Below are positions 28,130 to 36,863 of a stretch of DNA of 64,000 nucleotides, in pieces; the first letter of the stretch is position 1; each line of letters opens with the position of its first letter. The notes below the pieces were generated by a model. That model ran no database searches and was not told the DNA's origin. It saw only the letters and a program-made list of their open reading frames with translations. The DNA comes from Gemmatimonadales bacterium (GTDB taxonomy: Bacteria; Gemmatimonadota; Gemmatimonadetes; Gemmatimonadales; GWC2-71-9), in assembly GCA_038321865.1 (NCBI GenBank), contig JBBQFH010000005.1, forward strand, positions 32,001 through 96,000, read 5' to 3'. Position numbers and translations under genes: made by a program.

Positions 28130-28978
28130 GTGAATCTTCAGCGCGATCGCACCGCCACCTTCCGGAAACTCCACCAGGCGGGCTGTTTCGTGATGCCCAA
28201 TCCCTGGGATGCAGGCAGCGCCCACCTCCTGGCGATGCTGGGCTTCCCCGCCCTCGCGACGACCAGCTCCGGCCTCGCCTGGTCGCAGGGTCGGCGCGAC
28301 AACGCCCTATCGCTCGAGGGGACGCTGGCCCACTTCCGCGCCCTGGCGCTCGCGGTCACGGTGCCGGTCAACGCAGATTTCGAAGGCGGTTTCGCGGTTG
28401 AGGCCGAAGGCGTCGGGCGAAACGTGGCGGCCGCGATGGGCACCGGCATCGCCGGCATCTCGATCGAGGACTCGACCGGCGATCCCTCGCGCCCGCTGTT
28501 CGAGTTCGCGGCGGCGGTGGAGCGGATCCGCGCCGCGCGCCGGGCCATTGACGCAGCCGGCAGCGGTGTGGTGCTCACGGGCCGCTCGGAGGGCTTCATC
28601 GTCGGCCGGCCTGATCTCGGGGAGACGATCCGCCGCCTGCAGGCCTTTGCGGAGGCCGGAGCGGAGTGTCTCTACGCGCCCGGCATCCGGCGCCGGGAGG
28701 ATATCGTTGCCGTGGTCGAGGCGGTGGCACCGAAGCCGGTGAACGTGCTGGTCGGGAGCGATTTCACTACGGTGGAGGAGCTCGCCGGACTGGGTGTCCG
28801 CCGGATCAGCGTGGGTGGAGCACTGGCACGCGTGGCGTGCGCCGGTTTCCTTCAGGCGGCGAGGGAGATCGCCGAGCTGGGGACGTTCACCGGGTTGGCC
28901 CGAGCGGTGTCGTTCGACGACCTCAACGGGGCGTTCCCTCCGAGCGACGTCGATCCAGCCCGGGGCCATTCCTCGTGA
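28130..28978 (+). CDS. Isocitrate lyase / PEP mutase family protein
   Basis: 'MPNPWDAGSA', 'ATTSSG', 'VNADFEGG', 'SIED', 'RRISVG'. Confidence 0.9.
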   Translation: MNLQRDRTATFRKLHQAGCFVMPNPWDAGSAHLLAMLGFPALATTSSGLAWSQGRRDNALSLEGTLAHFRALALAVTVPVNADFEGGFAVEAEGVGRNVAAAMGTGIAGISIEDSTGDPSRPLFEFAAAVERIRAARRAIDAAGSGVVLTGRSEGFIVGRPDLGETIRRLQAFAEAGAECLYAPGIRRREDIVAVVEAVAPKPVNVLVGSDFTTVEELAGLGVRRISVGGALARVACAGFLQAAREIAELGTFTGLARAVSFDDLNGAFPPSDVDPARGHSS

Positions 28979-29044
28979 CGGTGGGACCCGTCATGCCTGT
29001 GCGATCTCCCATCCCGGATTCTCACGTTCAGCGGAGACACGACC

Positions 29045-29128
29045 ATGCGGTTCATGATGCTGGTAAAGGCCGACGATGCGAGCGAAGCCATGCAGGCCGA
29101 AAATGAATTCCGCAAGCGCAGCTCGTGA
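29045..29128 (+). pseudogene. Remnant of a YciI (DGPF)-family gene, 27 codons
   Basis: GGAG RBS then MRFMMLVKADDASEA-MQAENEFRKRSS*; N-terminus resembles YciI-family starts but the core is absent. Confidence 0.6.
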
Positions 29129-29156
29129 TCCATCCACTCTCCGACGGCGGTCATTC

Positions 29157-31337
29157 GTGAAGCAGCACTTCCTCCTGGCGGCTGGACTGCTTGTCCCGCA
29201 CAGCCTCCCGGCCCAGTCGCCTCGTGCCGAGCTTCTCCGGTGGCAGCGCGAAGCGGCGCGCGTCACCATCGTCCGCGACGACCACGGAATTCCGCACCTC
29301 CACGGCCCGACCGACGCCGCCGCCGTCTTCGGCCTCATGTACGCGCAGGCCGAGGATGATTTCAACCGGGTGGAGACCAACTATCTCACCTCGATGGGCC
29401 GGCTGGCGGAGGCGGAAGGCCAATCCGCGGTCTACAGCGACCTCCGGATGAAACTGTTCATCGATCCCGACTCGATGAAGGCGATGTACGCGAGAAGCCC
29501 CGTCTGGCTGAGGAAGGTGATGAACGGATGGGCCGACGGCCTCAATTACTACCTTGCGACGCATCCCGCCGTGCATCCGAGGGTGCTCACGCGGTTCGAG
29601 CCCTGGATGGCGCTCACCTTCAGCGAGGGAAGCATCGGCGGGGACATCGAGCGGATAAGCCTGGCTCAGCTCGAGGCGTTCTACGGCCGGGAGACGCACG
29701 GCGAAGCGCCGCCCGAGCCCGAGCCGTCCGGTGACGGAGAGCCGCGCGGCTCCAACGGAATCGCGATCGCGCCGTCCAACACGCTGGCCCATCGCGCGCT
29801 GCTGCTCATCAACCCGCACACCTCGTTCTTCTTCCGGGCCGAAGTGCAGGTCACCAGCGACGAGGGACTCAACGCCTACGGTGCGGTGACCTGGGGCCAG
29901 TTCTTCGTCTACCAGGGCTTCAACGAACGTGCCGGGTGGATGCACACCAGCAGCGGCGTGGACAACATCGACGAGTATCGCGAGGTGGTGACGCGGCGGG
30001 GAGACCGTTTCACCTATCGGTATGGCGGCACGGAACGGCCGGTGAGCGCCCGCCGCGTCGTCGTGCCGTACCGCACGCCGAACGGCATGTCCCGGAAGGA
30101 GTTCACGGTGTTCCGGACGCATCACGGGCCGATCGTGCGTCAGGCCGGCGGGAAGTGGATCAGCGTGCGATTGATGCAGGAGCCGCTCAAGGCACTGACG
30201 CAGTCGTACGCGCGGACGAAGACCCACAGCTATCGTGAGTTCCGCGCCGTCATGGACCTGCATACCAACTCGTCCAACAACACGATCTTCGCCGATGCCG
30301 ACGGGAACATCGCGTACTTCCACGCCAACTTCATCCCTCGGCGCGATCCCCGTTTCGACTGGTCCAAACCGGTGGACGGCAGCGACACCGCCACCGAATG
30401 GCACGCGCCCTTCACGGTGGAGCAGAGCCCTCACCTGCTGAATCCCGCCGGCGGCTGGCTCTACAACAGCAACGACGCCCCCTGGACCGCGGCCGGCGCC
30501 GACAGCCCGCGGAAGGCGGGTTTTCCGGCGTACGTGGAGACCGGCGGGGAGTCCGCCCGGGGCCATCACGCGGTGATGGTGCTCGAGCACACCACGGATT
30601 TCACGCCGGCTTCGCTCAACGCCGCGGCGTACGACAGCTACCTGCCGGCGTTCGCCAGGCTGATTCCACCGCTGCTGCGGGGCTACGACTCCCTGCCATC
30701 AGGCGACCCGCTGAAGGACCGGCTTCGCGATCAGATCGCGACGCTCCGCACCTGGGACTACCGCTGGTCCGTCACATCGGTCCCGACCTCGCTTGCCGTC
30801 TTCTGGGGCGAGGAGCTGGGCCGCCGTGCCTCACCCGGCGCCCGAGCGGCCGGCGTCCCGCTGGACACTTACGCCGCCACTGCCGACATCGGTGGACTGA
30901 GGCTCCAGGCACTCATCGCGGCGTCGGACAAGCTCTCGGCCGACTTCGGCACCTGGCGCACGGCGTGGGGCGACATCAACCGCTTTCAGCGCCTGACCGG
31001 CGATATCGTGCAGCCGTTCAACGACGCGGGGCCAAGCATCCCGGTGGGGTTCACGTCGGCAGTCTGGGGCTCGCTCGCATCATTCGGCGCGAACCAGTAC
31101 CCCGGCACGAAGAAGCGGTACGGCACCAACGGCAACAGCTTCGTGGCGATCGTGGAATTCGGGAAGGACAGCGTGCGCGCGCGGGCGGTGACGGCCGGCG
31201 GTGAGAGCGGCGACCCGGCATCGCCGCATTTCAACGATCAGGCGGAGCGATACAGCACCGGCGACCTGCGTGCGGTCTACTACTACCCCTCCCAGCTGGC
31301 GGGGCACACCGAACGGACCTATCACCCCGGGCACTGA
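29157..31337 (+). CDS. Penicillin acylase family Ntn-hydrolase (AHL acylase/GL-7-ACA acylase-like)
   Basis: 'RDDHGIPH', 'YAQAED', 'GSNGIA' (Ser nucleophile), 'NPH', 'GGESGDPASPHFNDQA'. Confidence 0.92.
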   Translation: MKQHFLLAAGLLVPHSLPAQSPRAELLRWQREAARVTIVRDDHGIPHLHGPTDAAAVFGLMYAQAEDDFNRVETNYLTSMGRLAEAEGQSAVYSDLRMKLFIDPDSMKAMYARSPVWLRKVMNGWADGLNYYLATHPAVHPRVLTRFEPWMALTFSEGSIGGDIERISLAQLEAFYGRETHGEAPPEPEPSGDGEPRGSNGIAIAPSNTLAHRALLLINPHTSFFFRAEVQVTSDEGLNAYGAVTWGQFFVYQGFNERAGWMHTSSGVDNIDEYREVVTRRGDRFTYRYGGTERPVSARRVVVPYRTPNGMSRKEFTVFRTHHGPIVRQAGGKWISVRLMQEPLKALTQSYARTKTHSYREFRAVMDLHTNSSNNTIFADADGNIAYFHANFIPRRDPRFDWSKPVDGSDTATEWHAPFTVEQSPHLLNPAGGWLYNSNDAPWTAAGADSPRKAGFPAYVETGGESARGHHAVMVLEHTTDFTPASLNAAAYDSYLPAFARLIPPLLRGYDSLPSGDPLKDRLRDQIATLRTWDYRWSVTSVPTSLAVFWGEELGRRASPGARAAGVPLDTYAATADIGGLRLQALIAASDKLSADFGTWRTAWGDINRFQRLTGDIVQPFNDAGPSIPVGFTSAVWGSLASFGANQYPGTKKRYGTNGNSFVAIVEFGKDSVRARAVTAGGESGDPASPHFNDQAERYSTGDLRAVYYYPSQLAGHTERTYHPGH

Positions 31338-31362
31338 TCCGCCGGCGCCGCACCCGCGCGCA

Positions 31363-31392
31363 GAAATGGCCGCCATCGCTGGCGGCCATTTC
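31363..31392. terminator. Bidirectional intrinsic terminator between convergent genes
   Basis: Perfect 13-bp stem GAAATGGCCGCCA-TCGC-TGGCGGCCATTTC. Confidence 0.8.
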
Positions 31393-31417
31393 CGTTTCCG
31401 TCAGACGGGCGGCGAGA

Positions 31418-33412
31418 TCAGTTCGATCCGCTCGCCATTCCCCGCACCGTCGCCGCGAGCAGGCGGACACGGGCACCATCGCTGGCGCTGGCCGCGTCGC
31501 CATCGAGCTCGACGGCCAGAGCCGTCAGCGCGGTCTGCCGCCCGGCGCCGCTCATGTGATCCGCGGTGTTCAGCGCGCGGGAGATCGCCGAGAGGCGCGA
31601 GCCCGAGAGGCCCTTGCCGCGGGTCAGCTGGTCGAGGTACGCGCGAGCCACGACCGCCGTGTTGGGCCAGACGAACTTCGGCTGATCCTGCGGATTGAAG
31701 TAGGTGAGGTGCACCGACTTCGCCGCGTCGATTTCGTTCTGCGAGAGCAGCGGGCTCGGCGTAAGCTCGAGGATATCGAGCCCGCGCGCGATCTCGGAGC
31801 TCACGATCACGCCGTTATACCAGTAGGCCGACCAGGTACCGCCGGGGCCCTGCTTCGTCGAATCCGACGGACCGCGGTCGAAGAACGCGATTTCCTTCGG
31901 ATGCGCCGCGTCGGTCCAGTCGAACACCGATACGCCGCCCTGGTACCAGGACTGGGCCATGATGTCACGGCCGGGCACCGGAATCAGCGAGCCGTTGTGC
32001 GCGACGCAGTTCTCGAATGACGTCTGCGGGGCCGGCATCTTGTAGTAGCTCTGGAAGACGAGCTTGTCATTTACCCTGGTGAAGATGGCATCCGCGCCCC
32101 ACTCGTGCTTGTCGGTCACGCGGCACTTCGGCTGGCCGCCGCCGCCCCACTCGTCCGAAAAGAGCATCTTGGTGCCGTCGTTGTTGAACGTCGCCGAATG
32201 CCAGTAGGAGAAGTTGGAGTCGGCGACGGCGCCGATGCGCTTCGGGTTGGCCGGGTCGCTCAGGTCGAGCAGCAGGCCGTAGCCGCCGCAGGCGCCGCCG
32301 GCGCGTGCGAGGGTGGGGTAGACGGTGATGTCATGGCACTGGTTTGGGCCGGTGCGCTGGGCGCCCGGGCGCGGCGCGCCGATGAGGCGATCGATGATGC
32401 CGGGCAGCGCGGCGCGGAGCGTGGCGCTGTCGGCGGCCGTCGGTGCGCCGGTGCCGCCACGGGCCTTCACCACACTGTCGAGCATCGGATTGATGAACTG
32501 CGGCGGAAGCACCCGCTCAGCGCCCTGGATCATGGCGGTGTAGCCACCATGCGCGCGGGCGTCGGCGGCCGCCTTGGCGGCGGCGGCGATATCCTGCGGC
32601 GCTTCCCCGTGAACCGGCGGCGCGGCCAGACCCTGAAAGATGCGCGCGGAGTTCACGACCGCGGCCTGCTCCGGGTGAGCCAGCGGCACCTTGATGACTT
32701 CGATGCGGAAGAGCGCGGAGTTGGGATCCTGATCGGGCGCGAGGCGCGAGCAGCCCGCGAGCTCGTTCGGCGAGCGGACGCCGGCGGAGCCGGAGATATA
32801 GACGTAGACGTTTTCCTTGTCCTTCGGATCCTCGACCACGGTGTGCGTGTGCGATCCGCGGCAGGTCTGCACGTTGGCGATGTACTTCGGGCTGCTGATG
32901 TCGGTGATGTCGAAGATGCGGAGGCCACGGACGCGGTCATGGCTCACGGTGTCGCGCACGCCCTGGGCGCCGCAGTCGAGCCGGCCCGACGTGCCCTCGC
33001 TCGAGACGAAGAGGAGGTTGTGCCAGACCGACACGTCGCTCTGCGAGGCCGGGCAGAAGAACGACGTCTTCAGCGTGGGTGCGGCCGGGTTGGAGATGTC
33101 CCAGACCTGGTAGCCGTTGTAGTTGCCCTGAATGGCATAGTTCTGCGAGAACGAGAGATCCGAGTTGGTGCTGCCCAAAAACTTCTCGGACGGGTGCGTG
33201 TTGGACACGAGCCGGAGGTTCCACGTCGCCTGGGCGGCATCCCACATGCCGGCCTTGAGGCCGACGCGCGGATCGGGGCTCGGCGCCACCGCCGACATGT
33301 TGGGCGTCACCGACATGTCGGAGCCCGCTGACGAGGTCTTGGCGCACGACGCGAGGCTGAACGCCCCGATCGCGAGCGCGAGCGTGGTACAGGCTTTTGA
33401 TACTGAGGCCAT
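31418..33412 (-). CDS. LVIVD-repeat beta-propeller lipoprotein
   Basis: LASC lipobox; 'NSDLSF', 'GLRIFDITD', 'CRGSHTHT', 'CHDITV', 'CVAHNG'; alternative start 33469. Confidence 0.8.
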   Translation of the reverse strand: MASVSKACTTLALAIGAFSLASCAKTSSAGSDMSVTPNMSAVAPSPDPRVGLKAGMWDAAQATWNLRLVSNTHPSEKFLGSTNSDLSFSQNYAIQGNYNGYQVWDISNPAAPTLKTSFFCPASQSDVSVWHNLLFVSSEGTSGRLDCGAQGVRDTVSHDRVRGLRIFDITDISSPKYIANVQTCRGSHTHTVVEDPKDKENVYVYISGSAGVRSPNELAGCSRLAPDQDPNSALFRIEVIKVPLAHPEQAAVVNSARIFQGLAAPPVHGEAPQDIAAAAKAAADARAHGGYTAMIQGAERVLPPQFINPMLDSVVKARGGTGAPTAADSATLRAALPGIIDRLIGAPRPGAQRTGPNQCHDITVYPTLARAGGACGGYGLLLDLSDPANPKRIGAVADSNFSYWHSATFNNDGTKMLFSDEWGGGGQPKCRVTDKHEWGADAIFTRVNDKLVFQSYYKMPAPQTSFENCVAHNGSLIPVPGRDIMAQSWYQGGVSVFDWTDAAHPKEIAFFDRGPSDSTKQGPGGTWSAYWYNGVIVSSEIARGLDILELTPSPLLSQNEIDAAKSVHLTYFNPQDQPKFVWPNTAVVARAYLDQLTRGKGLSGSRLSAISRALNTADHMSGAGRQTALTALAVELDGDAASASDGARVRLLAATVRGMASGSN

Positions 33413-33465
33413 AGGAGATTCCGGTGAAAGGACGGAGTGGGGCGACTGGGTGTCGGAACGGAACA

Positions 33466-34152
33466 TCATGGCGCGCTGCCCCCGCCGGGGAGCGTCGCGA
33501 GCAGCTTCTGCATGCGATCAATTTCAGTGGACTGGTCGGCGTAGACGTCGGAGGCGAGGCGGAACACCGGCTCGTCCTGCCCGGCGCCTTCGGTCCCGAA
33601 GAGCTCGTTGACCATCGTGAGCGCGCCGGTGTGGTGCTGAATCATGAACGTGAGAAAGAGTCGGTCGAAGGCGGAACCGCGCGCCGCATCCAGCTGGGCC
33701 ATCTGCTCCGGGGTGAGCATCCCCGGCATCAGCATCGGATGGTTCATCCCCGGCATCGACATGTTCATCGGCGCATCGGGGCTCGGCACCGGCAGATTCC
33801 GGTCGCGAAGCCAGTTCTGCATCAGCGTGATCTCGTCGCTCTGGCCGACGATGATGCGCTCGCCCAGCGCGCGGAGCGCGGGACTCGAGCCGTGGCTGGG
33901 AATCCAGCGGGCCATGACCAGCGCCTGGCCATGGTGGCCGATCATACCGGTCATGAAGTGGACGTCGGCCGGGACGAAGGCGCGCCGGAGGCTGTCGGCC
34001 ATCAGCGCATCGCGTGAACGCGGGACCGTCGCAGCCGACACGGGTGCCGGCGCCGGTGTGGTGGGTGCATGCCCGGCCGCGGGGCTGCAGGCGGAAATGG
34101 CGAGCGCGGCGACCAGGCTGCCTGCGCCCATCCGCCGGGACGATCTGTTCAT
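33466..34152 (-). CDS. DUF305 (ferritin-like) lipoprotein
   Basis: ISAC lipobox; 'DVHFMTGMIGHHGQA', 'FLTFMIQHHTGA', 'Q..EI..M'. Confidence 0.88.
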   Translation of the reverse strand: MNRSSRRMGAGSLVAALAISACSPAAGHAPTTPAPAPVSAATVPRSRDALMADSLRRAFVPADVHFMTGMIGHHGQALVMARWIPSHGSSPALRALGERIIVGQSDEITLMQNWLRDRNLPVPSPDAPMNMSMPGMNHPMLMPGMLTPEQMAQLDAARGSAFDRLFLTFMIQHHTGALTMVNELFGTEGAGQDEPVFRLASDVYADQSTEIDRMQKLLATLPGGGSAP

Positions 34153-34261
34153 TGGGTCACGTATCCTCGGGATGGTGAAAATGCCATGGCCCTCAATTAT
34201 CGGGCGTATATTCCGGAACGCAAGCGGCACCACCAGACTCGCCCCGCCCCGGAGGCCCTCG

Positions 34262-36274
34262 TTGCGGCCCATCAGCCTGCTCCTGCCCATCTTCATGGTA
34301 TCGGCTCCGGCGCTCGCCCAGACCCGGGCGGCGGCGGCCGGGGATCCGGCGGGGATCGTGTCGGCCGGCCGGCCGCTCCCAGGTCCCGTCTTCGAGATTC
34401 CGGAGTTCAGTGCCGCCGTGGCCCGCGGGTCCCGGACCCGCACCGGCCGGCCGGGAGCGGCCGGCTGGGTGCAGCAGGCCCGCTATCGAATAGACGCCCG
34501 TCTGGACGCCGCCACCTCGCGGCTGACCGGCAACGAGACCATCACCTACCTCAATCGCTCGCCCGACACCCTCAGACGAATCGCAGTCTACCTGCGCCAG
34601 AACGTCTTCGCCGCCGGCAGCCCCCGCCGGGAGCCGGTGCCGGTCACTGGCGGGGTCTCGCTTTCGCGCGTCGTCGCGGCCGGCCGGGAGCTGCAGCCGA
34701 TCGACGGGGGCCGGCGGCGCCGGGGCGAGGGAGTGGCCGCGGGCTATCAGACGAGCGGCACCGTCATGTGGATTCAACTTCCGGCGCCGCTCCTGCCACA
34801 TGACAGCGTCGGACTCGAGTTCGGCTGGTCCTTCACCCCGCCCACGGGGCCTGCGGATGGCCGCGAGGGAATGGAAGATCACCTGTACTTCTTCGGGTAC
34901 TGGTACCCTCAGGTTGCCGTGTACGACGACGTAAACGGCTGGGTGACCGACCCTTACCTCAATGGCGCCGAGTTCTACATGGACCCGGCCGACTACGAGG
35001 TGCGGTTGACGGTTCCCCACGGCTGGGTCGTTGGCGCGACCGGCGTCCTCCAGGACCCGGCGACGGTACTCTCGCGCCGCTCGCTCGACCGGCTGGCCCT
35101 GGCTCGGCGCGGGCGCAGCCCGGTTCGTGTGATCGGCGCCGACGACCGCGGCACCGGTGGCGGCTTCGCGCCCGGTGGCGCCGCGGCGGTCTGGCATTTC
35201 CGGGCGACGGATGTGCGGGACTTCGCCTGGGGAACCAGCGACCGGTACGCGTGGGATGCCGCGAGCGCCGTCGTCCGCGACTCGGCGCGGGGCCGCGCCG
35301 ACACGGTGGCGATCAGCAGCTTCTTCCGGCTCGACAGCGCGGCGGCCGCGTGGCCGCTGGGCGGAGCGCGCTACACCCGCGATGCGATCGAGCAGATGTC
35401 GGCCTATCTCTGGCCGTATCCCTACCCGCAGATGACCTCCATGGAGGGCGTGATCAACAGCGGCGGGATGGAATATCCGATGATGACGCTGATGCAGCCG
35501 TGGGCCGATACCCTCTCGCTCGCCGGCGACCTGATGCACGAGACCGGTCACATGTGGTTCCCGATGCAGGTCGGCTCCAACGAGACTCGCCATCCGTGGA
35601 TGGATGAGGGCCTGACCCAGTTCGACGTCGCCCAGGCGATGCGTGTCCTCTACGGCGAGCCTCGGCCCGGCGGGCGTCCCAACGACTCCGAGCAGGGCCA
35701 GCGCGGGCGCTACCTGCGCGCGGTGCAGACCGGCCACGACCAGCGCCTCATGGTCTGGGGCGACCTGTTCCCGCTCGAGTTCTACTCGATGTACTACGAC
35801 AAGACGGCACAGGTCCTCGCCGCGCTGCGGGGCGTGCTGGGTGAGGACGTGTTCCACCGAGCGCTGCGGGAGTATGGCCACCGCTGGGTGGGTCGCCACC
35901 CCTATCCGGCCGACTTCTTCAACACCTTCAGCGACGTGTCGGGTCGCGACCTGTCGTGGTTCTGGCAGAGCTGGTTCGACGAGGCATGGCCGCTCGACCA
36001 GGCGATCGCATCGGTCCGGCAGGACGGTGATTCGGTCACGATCGGCGTGGAGGATCACGGACTCGCGCCGATGCCGGTCCGGCTGGCCATCACCCGGACC
36101 GGCGGCGCGGTGGAACGGGTCGAGCTGCCGGTGGATGTCTGGCTGCACGGGGCCCGCACCGCCCCGGTCAGGGTCGCGGCGAATCCCGCCATCACCCGCG
36201 TCGAGATCGATCCCGATCAGGCATTCCCGGACCTGAACCGCGACAACAACGTCTGGCAGCGGTCGGCGCGGTGA
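34262..36274 (+). CDS. M1 family metallo-aminopeptidase, secreted
   Basis: GGAGG RBS + TTG; GGMEYP; HETGH-x18-E ('MDEG'). Confidence 0.9.
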   Translation: MRPISLLLPIFMVSAPALAQTRAAAAGDPAGIVSAGRPLPGPVFEIPEFSAAVARGSRTRTGRPGAAGWVQQARYRIDARLDAATSRLTGNETITYLNRSPDTLRRIAVYLRQNVFAAGSPRREPVPVTGGVSLSRVVAAGRELQPIDGGRRRRGEGVAAGYQTSGTVMWIQLPAPLLPHDSVGLEFGWSFTPPTGPADGREGMEDHLYFFGYWYPQVAVYDDVNGWVTDPYLNGAEFYMDPADYEVRLTVPHGWVVGATGVLQDPATVLSRRSLDRLALARRGRSPVRVIGADDRGTGGGFAPGGAAAVWHFRATDVRDFAWGTSDRYAWDAASAVVRDSARGRADTVAISSFFRLDSAAAAWPLGGARYTRDAIEQMSAYLWPYPYPQMTSMEGVINSGGMEYPMMTLMQPWADTLSLAGDLMHETGHMWFPMQVGSNETRHPWMDEGLTQFDVAQAMRVLYGEPRPGGRPNDSEQGQRGRYLRAVQTGHDQRLMVWGDLFPLEFYSMYYDKTAQVLAALRGVLGEDVFHRALREYGHRWVGRHPYPADFFNTFSDVSGRDLSWFWQSWFDEAWPLDQAIASVRQDGDSVTIGVEDHGLAPMPVRLAITRTGGAVERVELPVDVWLHGARTAPVRVAANPAITRVEIDPDQAFPDLNRDNNVWQRSAR

Positions 36275-36353
36275 CGCCCCCGCTTGACGGCACCTTGCCC
36301 GCATTCTATGTAGGCAGTGCCGGCCGGACGTTTCTCTCGCAGTGGAGCGCAAC

Positions 36354-36848
36354 ATGACATGTCACCGGACTCACCCGATCCTGCTGACTTTCGGCGTTCT
36401 GGCCTCGTCGTGCAGCTCCGGAGACCGTGCGAGCGGTGCCCCCGCCGCCGACACCCTAATCTCGCCCGGCACAGTGCACGCCGCATCGACGACGGTACCG
36501 AACCCGCTCGCCGCGATGGCTGGAATCTGGGATATGCGCGTACTGAGCCGGAAGGGCGACAGCCTGGCGGCGTATACCCTGGTCGCGACCACCGATTCGA
36601 GCGGCTGGAGCATGAACTTTCGCGGGCGGGAGCCGATTCCGCTCCACGTCATCGGCAGCCGGGGAGACAGTGTGATGGCCGAGGTGGGCCCCTATGTGAG
36701 CGAGCTTCGCCCCGGTATCAGCGTCACGACCAACTTCGTCGGCCGGATACACAACGACAGCTTCATCGGCAGCTGGGTGGCGCATTATCGGTCCAAGTCG
36801 GCCGACTCCGTGCTGCGCGGACGCACCGAGGGTGTCAAGGCGCGCTGA
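36354..36848 (+). CDS. Hypothetical beta-barrel lipoprotein (paralog of 18073-18552)
   Basis: ASSC lipobox; 'AGIWDMR', 'GDSVMAEVGPYVSELR', 'VAHY', 'RTEG'. Confidence 0.7.
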   Translation: MTCHRTHPILLTFGVLASSCSSGDRASGAPAADTLISPGTVHAASTTVPNPLAAMAGIWDMRVLSRKGDSLAAYTLVATTDSSGWSMNFRGREPIPLHVIGSRGDSVMAEVGPYVSELRPGISVTTNFVGRIHNDSFIGSWVAHYRSKSADSVLRGRTEGVKAR

Positions 36849-36863
36849 GCCGCCGAGGCAAGA

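Noticed and set aside
18073..36848. Inverted segmental duplication of M1 peptidase + lipoprotein
   Set aside because: Relative orientations differ and the paralogs are highly diverged; no DNA-level repeat seen.
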